DNA from: Sulfuricaulis sp.
GTDB lineage: Bacteria; Pseudomonadota; Gammaproteobacteria; Acidiferrobacterales; Sulfurifustaceae
Reading direction: 5' to 3'
Length of the DNA stretch: 64,000 nt
Assembly: GCF_049587675.1 (NCBI RefSeq)
Contig: NZ_JBAVEJ010000057.1
Coordinates: 12-64,011, forward strand
The notes below the pieces were generated by a model that was not told the origin of the DNA, ran no database searches, and worked only from the letters and a program-made list of their open reading frames with translations. Below, in pieces: positions 29,094 through 41,750 of this stretch; positions within the stretch are counted from its first letter, which is position 1, and each line of letters starts with the position of its first letter. A program made the translations under genes and the position numbers.

Positions 29094-31909
29094 CAGGCAT
29101 AACTCCGCGTTTCGCCAGAACCGGTGACATTTTGCACGCAGCGGCCGCAAATCTGCGGATGCTCCTGGTTTGCACCCACGTCCTCGCGGTGATGCCAGCA
29201 GCGGATGCACTTGGGATAGCTTGAAGGCGCGACACGCACGCGCAGCCCCTTGACCTCCGTCTCCACGGCACCAGATATTTTCTCATTCAAGCCATGTACC
29301 CGCGCATAGGATGTTATAAATACAAACCGCAACTCGTCGCCCAGCCGACGCAACCGTTCCTGCCAGAAGTCATCGCCATAGAGGTCCACTTCCGCGTCGA
29401 GACCGGAACCGATGTCGCCGGTCACTCGCAATTTTTCCAGCTCTTTGGCAACGGCCTGACGCACGGCAATCACTTCATTCCAGAATGGCATGTCCAGTGC
29501 ACGCTCGGGGAGTTCCGGCAGTGCGTGCCACTTTTCCAGAAACACCGATTCACTCCGTTTCCCCGGCATGTGGCGCCAGATTTCCTCAGCGGTGAAGGTC
29601 AGCACCGGCGCCAGCCAGCGCACCAGCGCCTCCAGAATATGAAACATCGCCGTCTGTGCCGAGCGGCGTCCACGGCTGTTGGCGGGCATGGTGTACATCC
29701 GGTCCTTGAGAACATCGAGATAGAAACCGCCCATGTCCACCACGCAGAACTGATGCAACTTCTGATAGATGAGATGAAACTGAAATTCCTCGTAAGCCTG
29801 CAATACTTCCTTTTGCAGATCGTGCGCCCGCTGCAACGCCCACTGATCCAGGGCCAGCATGTCCTTTGCCGGCATAAGCGCTGCCGTCTCAAAGCCGGAA
29901 AGGCTTGCCAGGAGGTAGCGCGTGGTATTGCGGATACGCCGGTAGGAATCGGCCATGCGTGTGAGAATCTCGTCGGAAATGCTCATCTCCGCGCGGTAAT
30001 CAGTCGCCGCCACCCACAGGCGCAGAATATCCGCGCCCATGACCTTGATTACCTTCTGCGGCACGATCACATTGCCCAGGGACTTGGACATCTTCCGGCC
30101 CTTGGCGTCCACGGTGAAGCCGTGCGTCAGCACACACTTGTATGGCGCCGTTCCGTGCATCGCCACCGAGGTGAGCAACGACGACTGAAACCAGCCGCGG
30201 TGCTGATCCGAGCCTTCGAGGTAAAGATCGGCGGGAAACGCCAACTCCGGCCGGCGTTCCAGCACGCAGGCATGGGTTACCCCGGAATCGAACCAGACAT
30301 CCAGGGTATCGCCCACTTTCTCGTAGTTGGCAGCATCCGCGCCCAGGAGTTCCTCCTTCTTAAGGTCAAACCAGGCATTGATGCCATGGTTTTCGACAAG
30401 AGTGGCCACTTTCTCGATCAGGAGGTCGGTGTCCGGGTGTGCCTCGCCGGTCTGCCGGTGTACAAACAGCGGAATGGGAACACCCCACGAGCGCTGCCGT
30501 GAGATACACCAGTCAGGGCGGTTTTCGACCATACCCTGGATGCGCGCCGCGCCCCAGTCGGGGATCCATTGGGTGCCGACGATGGCACGTAATGCCGGCT
30601 CGCGCAGTCGCTCCATGCTGATGAACCACTGCGAGGTGGCGCGGAAAATGATCGGCGTCTTGTGGCGCCAGCAATGTGGATAGCTGTGGTTCAGCGCGAC
30701 CACATGCAGCAGCGCGCCACGCGATTTGAGGACTTCGATGACATGATCGTTGGCTTTGAACACATGTTCGCCGGCAAAAAGCTCCGTACCGGGAAGAAAT
30801 TTTCCATCTTCGCCCACGGGATTGTCCACCGCGAGTCCATAGCGCTCGCCGACCACGTAGTCCTCAAGACCGTGTCCCGGCGCCGTGTGCACCGCGCCAG
30901 TACCGGTATCGGTTGTCACATGCTCGCCGAGAATCACCGGCACCTCGCGCGCGTAAAACGGATGCCTGAGCTTCACGCCTTCCAGATCCCGGCCGCGACA
31001 ATTTGCCACGACGCGGTAATCCTCGATTCCGTAACGCCCCATCGTTGCCTTGACGAGGGGTTCGGCGATGAGCAGACGTTCATGCCCTTGGGGTCCGGTG
31101 CATTGCAGCAACACATATTCTAGATCGGGATGCAGCGCGACAGCCTGGTTGGCCGGCAAGGTCCACGGCGTCGTGGTCCAGATCACCACGCTCACCGGAC
31201 CTTCGCCCGCACGCCCCGGGGCGTGCTCGACGCGGGCGAGGAACGATTCCGGATCCACCACGGCAAACCGCACGTCGATGGCCGGCGAGGTTTTGTCCAT
31301 GTACTCCACTTCCGCCTCGGCCAACGCCGAACCGCAATCGCTGCACCAGTGCACAGGCTTGTGGCCTCGCACCACATGGCCAGTGGCGATGATGCGTCCG
31401 AGCGCGCGGATGATGCCGGCCTCGAACGCAAAATCCATCGTCAGATACGGATGCTCCCAATCACCGATCACGCCGAGACGAATGAAATCTTCGCGCTGCC
31501 GGTCGACTTGGGCGCGCGCGTATTCGCGGCAGGCCTGACGGAATTTGGAGGGTTCCACCTGAACTCCCGCCTTGCCGATCTTTTTCTCGACGGCATGCTC
31601 GATGGGCAGGCCGTGACAGTCCCAACCCGGCACGTAAGGCGCATCGAAACCGCTCAGAACCCTGGACTTAACGATAATATCCTTGAGGATTTTGTTGACC
31701 GCATGCCCGATGTGAATGTCGCCGTTGGCGTAGGGCGGGCCGTCGTGCAGGATATACTTCGGACGGCCGCGGCCCTGCTCGCGCAGTTTCTTGTTGAGAT
31801 CCATTTCCTGCCAGCGCTTGAGGGATTCCGGCTCGCGTACGGCGAGATTGGCCTTCATCGGGAAATCCGTCTGCGGCAGATTCAGTGTATTTTTATAGTC
31901 GTTCGTCAT
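29093..31909 (-). CDS. ileS: Isoleucine-tRNA ligase
   Basis: [27 protein letters not shown]-terminal CxxC…CxxC. Confidence 0.98.
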   Translation of the reverse strand: MTNDYKNTLNLPQTDFPMKANLAVREPESLKRWQEMDLNKKLREQGRGRPKYILHDGPPYANGDIHIGHAVNKILKDIIVKSRVLSGFDAPYVPGWDCHGLPIEHAVEKKIGKAGVQVEPSKFRQACREYARAQVDRQREDFIRLGVIGDWEHPYLTMDFAFEAGIIRALGRIIATGHVVRGHKPVHWCSDCGSALAEAEVEYMDKTSPAIDVRFAVVDPESFLARVEHAPGRAGEGPVSVVIWTTTPWTLPANQAVALHPDLEYVLLQCTGPQGHERLLIAEPLVKATMGRYGIEDYRVVANCRGRDLEGVKLRHPFYAREVPVILGEHVTTDTGTGAVHTAPGHGLEDYVVGERYGLAVDNPVGEDGKFLPGTELFAGEHVFKANDHVIEVLKSRGALLHVVALNHSYPHCWRHKTPIIFRATSQWFISMERLREPALRAIVGTQWIPDWGAARIQGMVENRPDWCISRQRSWGVPIPLFVHRQTGEAHPDTDLLIEKVATLVENHGINAWFDLKKEELLGADAANYEKVGDTLDVWFDSGVTHACVLERRPELAFPADLYLEGSDQHRGWFQSSLLTSVAMHGTAPYKCVLTHGFTVDAKGRKMSKSLGNVIVPQKVIKVMGADILRLWVAATDYRAEMSISDEILTRMADSYRRIRNTTRYLLASLSGFETAALMPAKDMLALDQWALQRAHDLQKEVLQAYEEFQFHLIYQKLHQFCVVDMGGFYLDVLKDRMYTMPANSRGRRSAQTAMFHILEALVRWLAPVLTFTAEEIWRHMPGKRSESVFLEKWHALPELPERALDMPFWNEVIAVRQAVAKELEKLRVTGDIGSGLDAEVDLYGDDFWQERLRRLGDELRFVFITSYARVHGLNEKISGAVETEVKGLRVRVAPSSYPKCIRCWHHREDVGANQEHPQICGRCVQNVTGSGETRSYA

Positions 31910-31934
31910 TAGATTTCATTTAAAACTAAAGGTC

Positions 31935-32011
31935 GAGGCGCAAAGAAAACCTGAGCAACTCGAGAATCTTTTAAACTTTCCTTGCGCTCTCTGCGTTTCT
32001 GCGTCTCTGCG
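31935..32011. repeat. Short ctctgcgt-type tandem plus imperfect hairpin at the ribF-ileS junction
   Basis: ctctgcgt-ttctgcgt-ctctgcg (31989-32011). gaggcgcaaagaaa pairs imperfectly with tttccttgcgctctc. Confidence 0.45.
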
Positions 32012-32954
32012 CTGAGTAGTTTGGGTGATAGTTTTTGAAAAAGGCACGCACGTCCGCGACATCCTTTTCTATCCAGCGACGCAACTCTTCCAACGACTCG
32101 AACCGCTTCTCATCGCGAAGCTTGTGCAGGAAATTCACCTGCACATAGGCGCCGTAGATGTCTTCGCTGAAGTCCAGCAGGTTCACCTCGAGCAGCGTGC
32201 GGGTGCCGCCGACGGTCGGGCGAGTGCCGATATTGGCCGCGCCGGCAAGTGGCTCGGTCTTGAGGCCGAACACCTCCACGGCGAAGATGCCCTTGATCGG
32301 CGTCACCTTGCGGTGCAGATAAATGTTGGCGGTCGGAAAACCCAGAGTGCGGCCGAGTTTGTCGCCATGCGCCACGCGCCCGCACATGCGGTACGGCCGG
32401 CCCAGAAGCTTCTCGGCCTGCACCAGATCGCCGGACACCAGCGCCGCGCGGATGCGCGTGCTCGAGACGCGTTCCCCGTCGATTGCCACGGTGTGCATGT
32501 TCACGACCTGAAAGCCGTGCTGCCGCCCCGCCGCGGCGAGCATGTCAAAATTCCCGCGTCGCTTCCGGCCAAAATGGAAATCGTCGCCGACGACAAGATA
32601 GCGCACGCCCAGTCCGTCCACCAGCAGGCGCTGGATGAATTCCTCGGGTTCCATGGCCGCGAATCCGGCGTCGAATTGCAGACACAAGACCCGATCCACG
32701 GAATAGCGCCGCAGCGCCTGGAGTTTTTCGCGCAGGCGCGTCAACCGCGGAACGGCGGCGTCCGGTTGGAAGAATTCCTGCGGTTGCGGCTCGAACAGGA
32801 TGACCTGGGTGGGCAGACCGAGCTTTTCGGCTTTTTCCGCCAATTGACCGATTACCGCCTGGTGACCGAGATGCACACCGTCAAAATTGCCGATCGTGGC
32901 GACACACCCGCGATGCTGCGGCTTCAGGTTATGCCACCCGCGTATGAACTCCAT
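31971..32954 (-). CDS. ribF: Bifunctional riboflavin kinase/FAD synthetase
   Basis: IGNFDGVHLGHQ, VSSTRIR, GRTLGFPTAN, NIGTRPT, LRDEKRF. Confidence 0.97.
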   Translation of the reverse strand: MEFIRGWHNLKPQHRGCVATIGNFDGVHLGHQAVIGQLAEKAEKLGLPTQVILFEPQPQEFFQPDAAVPRLTRLREKLQALRRYSVDRVLCLQFDAGFAAMEPEEFIQRLLVDGLGVRYLVVGDDFHFGRKRRGNFDMLAAAGRQHGFQVVNMHTVAIDGERVSSTRIRAALVSGDLVQAEKLLGRPYRMCGRVAHGDKLGRTLGFPTANIYLHRKVTPIKGIFAVEVFGLKTEPLAGAANIGTRPTVGGTRTLLEVNLLDFSEDIYGAYVQVNFLHKLRDEKRFESLEELRRWIEKDVADVRAFFKNYHPNYSAQRRRNAESARKV

Positions 32955-33047
32955 GGGGCCGTTCAGGATTCAACGTAGAGAAACGGTGAAGGTTACCGTC
33001 TCGGACACGCGAGAACAAGCCGCGGGATGAGGGAAAACCGGGGATTC

Positions 33048-33464
33048 CTACAGATGCGCCCAATCCGGATCGAGTTCTTCGATGATATCGTGCAGCGGAC
33101 GGCGCGCGCCGAAGCCCTCTTGATAACTGTGATAATGACCGATGCGCAATTCGGGAAATTTCCAGCAGAGATAGCCATCGCCGGTGTCGAAATCCGCCAA
33201 CCACAGCCCTTTGACCACGAGTCCAAGCCGTTCCATCTTGCCCATCCAGCGCCGCACGATTGTCTCGTAGTCCTTTTCCACCTTCCGGGTCTGAGGATTG
33301 CTCGGCAACATCGCCTCGAGCGCGCGGCGCACCGGCTCGAGTTCACGGTAGGCCTCTTCGGTGATTTTCCATACCAGCGGAAACAGCTCCTCAGCCTCCG
33401 TCAGCGTGAACGCGCGCGGATTGTTACAGGCCGAAATCTGGTAAATCTGAGCTGCGCTAGTCAT
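33048..33464 (-). CDS. DUF2203-like protein
   Basis: FTLTEAEELFPLV, GLVVKGLWLADF, YLCWKFPE, YHSYQEGFGARRPL. Confidence 0.75.
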   Translation of the reverse strand: MTSAAQIYQISACNNPRAFTLTEAEELFPLVWKITEEAYRELEPVRRALEAMLPSNPQTRKVEKDYETIVRRWMGKMERLGLVVKGLWLADFDTGDGYLCWKFPELRIGHYHSYQEGFGARRPLHDIIEELDPDWAHL

Positions 33465-35031
33465 CGGTTGGCGTCCCCTGCCCCTTCTTAAGCAGTAACT
33501 GTGCCAATCGTACACCGAAAGCCATAACGGTCAATAAATACACCGCCACGCCGACGGTGACCCATATTGACAATCGATAGGCACGCTGCAGGGCGGGCGT
33601 AGTCAGCCAGGAATCCATATCGCCCGTGCCCCAGTAGAGAACCGCGCCCATGACGACGCTGGCGAGAACAATCCGCGCCAGAAACAATCTCCAGCCGGGC
33701 AGCGGCCGATACACGTTGTGCCGTCGCAACATGAAGAACAGCATCCCGGCATTGACGAATGCCGAGAGCGATATCGCCAGCGCCAGTCCCACGTGTTTGA
33801 GCGGCATAACCAGCGCCAAGCTCAACAAGATATTAACCACCAGCGCGATCACACCGACACGCATCGGCGTTTTGGTATCCTGGCGCGCATAGAAGCCCGG
33901 CGCGAGCACCTTGATCAATATGAAACCGAGCAGGCCAAACGAGAATGCCATCAGCGCGTTAGCGCTCATCCGTACGTCATTGGCGCCAAACGCGCCGAAG
34001 TGAAAAAACGTGGTCAGCAGCGGCGCCGAAAGAATTACCAGCGCCACGGAGGCCGGAACCGCGATCAGGAAAACCCAACGCAAGCCCCAGTCGAGCAGAT
34101 GGGAAAATTCATCGTGCGAGTTACGTGCGTGCCGGCGCGCGAGGCTGGGCAGAATGACGGTCGCGAGCGCGATGCCGAACACGCCGAGCGGAAACTCCAT
34201 CAGGCGGTCGGAATAATAGAGCCACGAGACACTGCCGGTCACCAGGAACGAGGCCAGCAACGTGTTGACCAGCATGTTGATCTGCGCGACGGAGACACCG
34301 AAGATCGCCGGCAGCATGAGCCTGAAGACGCGCATGACGCCATGATGGCGTTCGCGCACATGCAGCCGCGGGCGCGGCAACATTTTAATGCCGCGCAGGA
34401 ACGGAATCTGGAACAGCAACTGCGTCACGCCGGCGATGAACACACCCCAGGCCAGCGCCAGCACCGGCTCGTCCATGTGCGGGGCGAGCCAGACGGCGGC
34501 GCCGATCATGCTCAGGTTGAGCAGTACCGGCGTGAAGGCGGCCGCGCCGAAACGGCCATAGGTGTTGAGAATGCCCGCCGCCATCGCCACCAGCGAGACG
34601 AAGAAAAGATAGGGAAAAGTGATGCGCAGCATCTGCACTGTCAGGCCATATTTGTGCGGCTCATCGAGAAAGCCCGGCGCGAGGACCATGACCAGGATGG
34701 GCGCGGCGAAGACACCCATCAGCGTAACGCCAAAAAGAATCGCGCCCAGTATGCCGGTCATGTGATCCACGAATGCGCGCGTTTCCGCCGCCGTGTACTT
34801 GGCCTTGTATTCGGCGAACACCGGCACGAAGCTCTGGGAAAACGCACCTTCGCCGAAGATACGACGCAGGAAATTGGGGATGCGGAAGGCGACGTAGAAA
34901 GCGTCGGCGGCCACCCCGGTGCCCGCGCCGATCAGGCTCGCGAACAGCATGTCGCGGATGAGCCCGCTGATCCGTGACAGCAGGGTCATGCCACCGGTCA
35001 CCGCCGTGGATTTGAGCAGCTTGCGGCTCAC
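33457..35031 (-). CDS. murJ: Lipid II flippase
   Basis: LLSRISGLIRD, ADAFYVAFRIPNFLRRIFGEGAFSQSFVP, LYYSDRLMEFPLGVFG, FYARQDTKTPM. Confidence 0.97.
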   Translation of the reverse strand: MSRKLLKSTAVTGGMTLLSRISGLIRDMLFASLIGAGTGVAADAFYVAFRIPNFLRRIFGEGAFSQSFVPVFAEYKAKYTAAETRAFVDHMTGILGAILFGVTLMGVFAAPILVMVLAPGFLDEPHKYGLTVQMLRITFPYLFFVSLVAMAAGILNTYGRFGAAAFTPVLLNLSMIGAAVWLAPHMDEPVLALAWGVFIAGVTQLLFQIPFLRGIKMLPRPRLHVRERHHGVMRVFRLMLPAIFGVSVAQINMLVNTLLASFLVTGSVSWLYYSDRLMEFPLGVFGIALATVILPSLARRHARNSHDEFSHLLDWGLRWVFLIAVPASVALVILSAPLLTTFFHFGAFGANDVRMSANALMAFSFGLLGFILIKVLAPGFYARQDTKTPMRVGVIALVVNILLSLALVMPLKHVGLALAISLSAFVNAGMLFFMLRRHNVYRPLPGWRLFLARIVLASVVMGAVLYWGTGDMDSWLTTPALQRAYRLSIWVTVGVAVYLLTVMAFGVRLAQLLLKKGQGTPTDD

Positions 35032-35205
35032 GGATGATTTTCAGGGAGCGATGCCATAAAGGCCGGGATGATAGCAGGATGTTCGACGGCCGCCGAAGCC
35101 TGTGGGGTTCCACGGGAAAGCACCCGACAGGACCGGCGGGATTGACAAATCCGCCCGAAATCAGCATAGTTGCGCGCTTTTCAGGGCATTCCCAGGAGAA
35201 CCGTT

Positions 35206-35469
35206 TTGGCCAATACAGCACAGGCAAAGAAACGCGCGCGTCAGGCGGAAAACCACCGCGCCCGCAACGTCGGCCAGCGCACCGAGCTGCGCAGCCGCAT
35301 CAAGAAAGTCCGCAGCGCGATCGCGGCCAAAGACAAGCCGGCGGCACAGCTGGCGTTCCGTGAAGCTACTTCCGTCATCGATCGTATGGCCGGCAAGGGG
35401 CTAATCCACAAGAATACAGCGGCCCGCTACAAGAGTGGCCTCAACCAGGGTTTACGCTCGCTGGTGTAA
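35206..35469 (+). CDS. rpsT: 30S ribosomal protein S20
   Basis: TTG start after AGGAG, ANTAQAKKRARQ, GLIHKNTAARYKS. Confidence 0.96.
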   Translation: MANTAQAKKRARQAENHRARNVGQRTELRSRIKKVRSAIAAKDKPAAQLAFREATSVIDRMAGKGLIHKNTAARYKSGLNQGLRSLV

Positions 35470-35485
35470 ATCATCCGTCTCGCAC

Positions 35486-35521
35486 AAACAAAAAAGCCGG
35501 CGTAAGCCGGCTTTTTTGTTT
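35486..35521. terminator. Bidirectional terminator between rpsT and proB
   Basis: aaacaaaaaagccggc-gtaa-gccggcttttttgttt. Confidence 0.88.
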
Positions 35522-35531
35522 GTGCGCTGCA

Positions 35532-37713
<2,182 letters not shown>

Positions 37714-37730
37714 TTACCGGTTATAAAAAT

Positions 37731-37764
37731 AAAAAACCCCGCCGTGTTGCCAGGGCGGGGTTTT
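37731..37764 (-). terminator. Terminator between rpmA and obgE
   Basis: Minus strand aaaaccccgcc…ggcggggtttttt. Confidence 0.7.
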
Positions 37765-37784
37765 GCGACGCCTGCGTAGCGGGA

Positions 37785-38042
37785 TCAGCCCGGAATGATG
37801 CTGACGGTCCTGCGGCTGCTCGGTCCCTTGATTTCGAATTTCACCTGGCCATTGACCTTGGCGAACAAGGTATCGTCTTTGCCGATGCCGACATTCACGC
37901 CAGGATGATATTCAGTGCCGCGTTGACGGATGAGAATATTGCCCGCCAGCACCTGCTCGCCGGCATAGCGCTTCACACCCAGCCGCTGTGCGTGGGAATC
38001 TCTGCCGTTGCGTGAACTGCCGCCTGCTTTTTTATGTGCCAT
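37785..38042 (-). CDS. rpmA: 50S ribosomal protein L27
   Basis: [16 protein letters not shown]. Confidence 0.98.
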   Translation of the reverse strand: MAHKKAGGSSRNGRDSHAQRLGVKRYAGEQVLAGNILIRQRGTEYHPGVNVGIGKDDTLFAKVNGQVKFEIKGPSSRRTVSIIPG

Positions 38043-38056
38043 GGAAAATCTCCCTG

Positions 38057-38365
38057 CTACTTGATACCGGTGATCTCGATTTCGGTGTAGTACTGGCGGT
38101 GGCCCTGGGTCTTGCGATAATGCTTGCGCCGGCGCATTTTGAATACCTTGATCTTGTCGTTGCGCCCGTGGCTTTTCACTGTGGCCGTTACCGTCGCGCC
38201 TGACAGTACCGGATTACCGACGCGCACGCCCTGATCGTCACTCACCATGAGGACCTGGCTGAAGTCGACAGTCTGACCTTCGGGAGTATCCAGCTTCTCT
38301 ACCTGAATGACATCGCCCGGGGACACCCGGTACTGCTTGCCGCCGCTTTCAATCACCGCGTACAT
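38057..38365 (-). CDS. rplU: 50S ribosomal protein L21
   Basis: [22 protein letters not shown]. Confidence 0.98.
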   Translation of the reverse strand: MYAVIESGGKQYRVSPGDVIQVEKLDTPEGQTVDFSQVLMVSDDQGVRVGNPVLSGATVTATVKSHGRNDKIKVFKMRRRKHYRKTQGHRQYYTEIEITGIK

Positions 38366-38522
38366 AAATTCGACTCCTGAATGCCCCGTGGGGCCGGAAT
38401 AGGCGGATAAACCCGCTAAAAGGCCGGCAATTCTAACGATTGGCGGGCAACAGGTCAAACGGCTTGACGCGCGTATTTCGTCCCCCTAGCATGCGCCCGG
38501 ACCACGACCACCCCTTATTTCC

Positions 38523-39491
38523 ATGGATTATGAAGCCATCAAGGCACTGGCCCGCGACGATCTGCAGGCCGTAAACCGCGAAATCGAAGCGCGGCTGCAG
38601 TCTGACGTCATCCTGATCAACCAGATGGGCTCCTATATCGTGCATAGTGGCGGAAAACGCCTGCGGCCGGTACTGGTGCTGCTGGGCAGCCGCGCTCTGG
38701 GTTACGAGGGATCGGCCCACATCCAGCTAGCGGCCATCATTGAATTCATCCACACCGCCACCCTGTTGCACGACGACGTCGTCGACGCCTCGGAGATGCG
38801 CCGCGGCCATACCACTGCCAACAGCATCTGGGGCAACGAGGCAAGCGTGCTGGTTGGCGATTTTCTGTATTCACGCGCTTTTGAGATGATGGTCGAAGTG
38901 GGCAGCATGCGTGTAATGGAAATCCTCGCCCACACCACCAACACCATCGCCAAGGGCGAGGTCATGCAGTTGCTCAACTGCCACGACCCCGAAACCACCG
39001 AGGAGCGCTACATCGAGGTCATTCAAAACAAGACCGCCAAGCTTTTCCAGGCCGGTTCCCAGCTTTCCGCCATCATCAGCAATCAAAGCAATGAAATCGA
39101 AAAGGCCATGGCGGCTTATGGCATGCATCTTGGCACGGCGTTTCAGCTGATCGACGATGCGCTGGACTATGGGCGCGATAACCATGAATTGGGCAAAAAC
39201 ATCGGCGACGACCTGGCCGAAGGCAAACCGACCCTGCCGCTCATCTACTCCCTGCGCCAGGGCAACAACCGCCAGCGCGAGTTGATCCGAGCTGCTATTG
39301 AAGAAGGCGGTTTGGCCCAGATGGATGAGGTTATGGACGCCATTGAATCAACGGGTTCCATCACGTACACTGCGCGCCGGGCTGAAGATGAGGCTTCCCG
39401 AGCCTCCGCCGCCTTGGCTGCCATACCGGATTCGCCTTACAAGCAAGCGCTTCTCGATCTGGCCCATTTTTCCGCCCATCGCAATAGATAG
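38523..39491 (+). CDS. ispB: Octaprenyl diphosphate synthase
   Basis: SGGKRLRP, LLHDDVVD, NKTAKLF, FQLIDDALD, DDLAEGKPTLP. Confidence 0.95.
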   Translation: MDYEAIKALARDDLQAVNREIEARLQSDVILINQMGSYIVHSGGKRLRPVLVLLGSRALGYEGSAHIQLAAIIEFIHTATLLHDDVVDASEMRRGHTTANSIWGNEASVLVGDFLYSRAFEMMVEVGSMRVMEILAHTTNTIAKGEVMQLLNCHDPETTEERYIEVIQNKTAKLFQAGSQLSAIISNQSNEIEKAMAAYGMHLGTAFQLIDDALDYGRDNHELGKNIGDDLAEGKPTLPLIYSLRQGNNRQRELIRAAIEEGGLAQMDEVMDAIESTGSITYTARRAEDEASRASAALAAIPDSPYKQALLDLAHFSAHRNR

Positions 39492-39505
39492 TTTTCAGGT
39501 ATCAA

Positions 39506-39582
39506 CGGGGTGTAGCGCAGCCTGGTAGCGCACTTGCTTCGGGAGCAAGGGGCCGGAGGTTCAAATCCTCTCACCCCGACCA
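39506..39582 (+). tRNA. tRNA-Pro(CGG)
   Basis: cggggtgtagcgcagcctggtagcgca-cttgc-ttcggga-gcaag…ggttcaaatcc…ccccgacca. Confidence 0.96.
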
Positions 39583-39648
39583 ATCTGCCGTATCACGACG
39601 ACATGAAGTTAATTTAGATTAATCCCTGCCTGTACGATACCTTACTTT

Positions 39649-39879
39649 ATGGGTCAGCTGTTACGCCTCATCATTATCTTGTTCGGACTGTGGCTAGTCC
39701 TGAAAATCATCAAGCGGGCTCTGTCTACCCACGAAAAGCATCCCTCTCGAAAGCCTTCCATAGCCAGCATGATTGCCTGCGCCCACTGCGGTGTGCACCT
39801 GCCGGAATCGGAAGCCATCCAGAAAGACGGCAAGTACTATTGTTGTGAAGAGCATCTAAAAGTCTCGAAGAATCGCTAG
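39649..39879 (+). CDS. PP0621-family small membrane protein with Cys/His metal-binding motif
   Basis: N-terminal TM, MIACAHCGVHLPESEA…YYCCEEH, upstream of pilS. Confidence 0.8.
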   Translation: MGQLLRLIIILFGLWLVLKIIKRALSTHEKHPSRKPSIASMIACAHCGVHLPESEAIQKDGKYYCCEEHLKVSKNR

Positions 39880-40073
39880 AATTAGCGCGTCTCGGATCTT
39901 GCTGTAGGCAAAATCACCCCCGCTCTTGCCTTAGAGTCGGCCCTCCCTGCGACTATATTAAGGATTAAGGATCGTGTCTTCCCTTTCCCCTGCACAAAAA
40001 CCAGCCATGCGGGGAAAAATAATATACTGACAAATTTTGCCGCCCTTCCAAATCTGTGCTATTTCAATAAGGT

Positions 40074-41750
40074 ATGACAGCTATGGAAAGCGCGCTCCCC
40101 ACGCCTGGACTGAGTAAAGCAGAGGGCCAGGCGACGGTTGAAGCCCAAAACTGGAAGCTTCTTAAATACTTCAATTTCTACCGCCTGGCAATTGCTATCG
40201 CCGCGTCGGCGATAGCCGTTTTCATTGGGAAATACTCGCCTTTTGGCGAGGTGCACCCGGGTCTGTTCCTCAGTTCGAGCGTGGTGTACGCCATTATCAG
40301 CCTGACGGCGGTTTTTGCCATCCATTGGCGCAAACCGGACTACGAGAGCCAAGCCACACTGCTTTCGTTTTCCGATATCACGCTGCTGACCATCGTCATG
40401 CACGCGAGCGGTGGCCTGGCCAGTGGCCTGGGGTTGATGCTGGTGGTGGCTATTGCCGGCACCAGCCTGATGCTCGGCAAGCGTCTAACCATTTTCTACG
40501 CGTCGCTCGCCACCATCGCCGTGCTGCTGGAACATTCCTGGAGTTGGTTAACGGGCGCCAGCGGGGCCGAAAACGAAATGATGCAGGGTTTCCCGCAGGT
40601 TGGGTTGTTCGGGATCGGCCTTTATGCCACGGCATTTTTCGGTTACCTGCTTGCAACGCGCTTGCGCGCCACCGAGGAACTCGCCCAGCGCCGCGGCGTG
40701 GATGTCGCCAACCTTACTCAACTCAACGAACTTGTCATTCAGCGCATGCAATCCGGTGTTGTTATCTGCGACCCGCAAGGGAGCATACGCCTGATCAACC
40801 AGTCAGCGTTGAAATACCTCGGCATCCATAACGAGGCCGATAAAAAATCCTCGCTTAACGAGATTTCTCCAGATCTGGCCATCCAGTTGTTTCAGTGGCT
40901 GGGAAACAATGCCGTAAACCGCGGTCGCAAGGTATTTACCTCGCCTGTCGGTTATACCCTGCTGCCGCGCTTTGTTTCCCTGGGCGACAAAAATGCAGTC
41001 AAGCTGATCTTCCTCGAAGACATGGCGATTCTGAAACAGCAAGCGCAACAATTGAAAATGGCAGCACTTGCGCGGCTTACCGCGAGCATCGCCCACGAAA
41101 TCCGCAACCCCCTGGGTGCGCTCACTAACGCCGCCCAGTTACTCGGGGAGACAATGGATACCGATAACGCCGAGGAAAAGCGGCTAGTCAAAATCATTGA
41201 AGAACAAAGCAAACGCATGAATGTGATCGTGCAGAACGTCACGCAGCTCAGCCGGCGCGACCGTATCAATCCCGTCCAGCTCGAACTTGATTCTTGGCTG
41301 GAGGACTTCCTGCGCCAATACTCCGAAACCGTGTCCGTCCCGCGTGATGCATTTGTCGCTGATGACATCCATGATATTAAAGTATGCGTGGACCCGGATC
41401 AGCTTTACCAAGTCATCTCCAATCTGTGTCAGAACGCGTTGCGCCACAGTCCGCCCTTCACCGGCACACCGCTGATCAAATTCCAAGGCGGCCGGGACGG
41501 CGAAGATAGGCCGCTCGTGGACGTGATCGATTGGGGGGCGGGGGTCAATCCGGACATTGCGGACAATATTTTCGATCCCTTCTTCACTACCACTCCCAAG
41601 GGAACCGGGCTCGGGCTGTACATCGCGCGGGAATTGTGTGAAGGCAATGGTGCATCGCTAAACTACTATCCAGGTGAGGGCGGGGTGGGCAGCCGTTTTC
41701 GGGTAACTTTTGTGCGCGCGGAAGACTGCGCTGAACTAGGGACGCTATGA
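40074..41750 (+). CDS. pilS: Sensor histidine kinase PilS
   Basis: 6 TM, ASIAHEIRNPL, NLCQNA, DWGAG, FDPFFTT, GTGLGL. Confidence 0.93.
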   Translation: MTAMESALPTPGLSKAEGQATVEAQNWKLLKYFNFYRLAIAIAASAIAVFIGKYSPFGEVHPGLFLSSSVVYAIISLTAVFAIHWRKPDYESQATLLSFSDITLLTIVMHASGGLASGLGLMLVVAIAGTSLMLGKRLTIFYASLATIAVLLEHSWSWLTGASGAENEMMQGFPQVGLFGIGLYATAFFGYLLATRLRATEELAQRRGVDVANLTQLNELVIQRMQSGVVICDPQGSIRLINQSALKYLGIHNEADKKSSLNEISPDLAIQLFQWLGNNAVNRGRKVFTSPVGYTLLPRFVSLGDKNAVKLIFLEDMAILKQQAQQLKMAALARLTASIAHEIRNPLGALTNAAQLLGETMDTDNAEEKRLVKIIEEQSKRMNVIVQNVTQLSRRDRINPVQLELDSWLEDFLRQYSETVSVPRDAFVADDIHDIKVCVDPDQLYQVISNLCQNALRHSPPFTGTPLIKFQGGRDGEDRPLVDVIDWGAGVNPDIADNIFDPFFTTTPKGTGLGLYIARELCEGNGASLNYYPGEGGVGSRFRVTFVRAEDCAELGTL

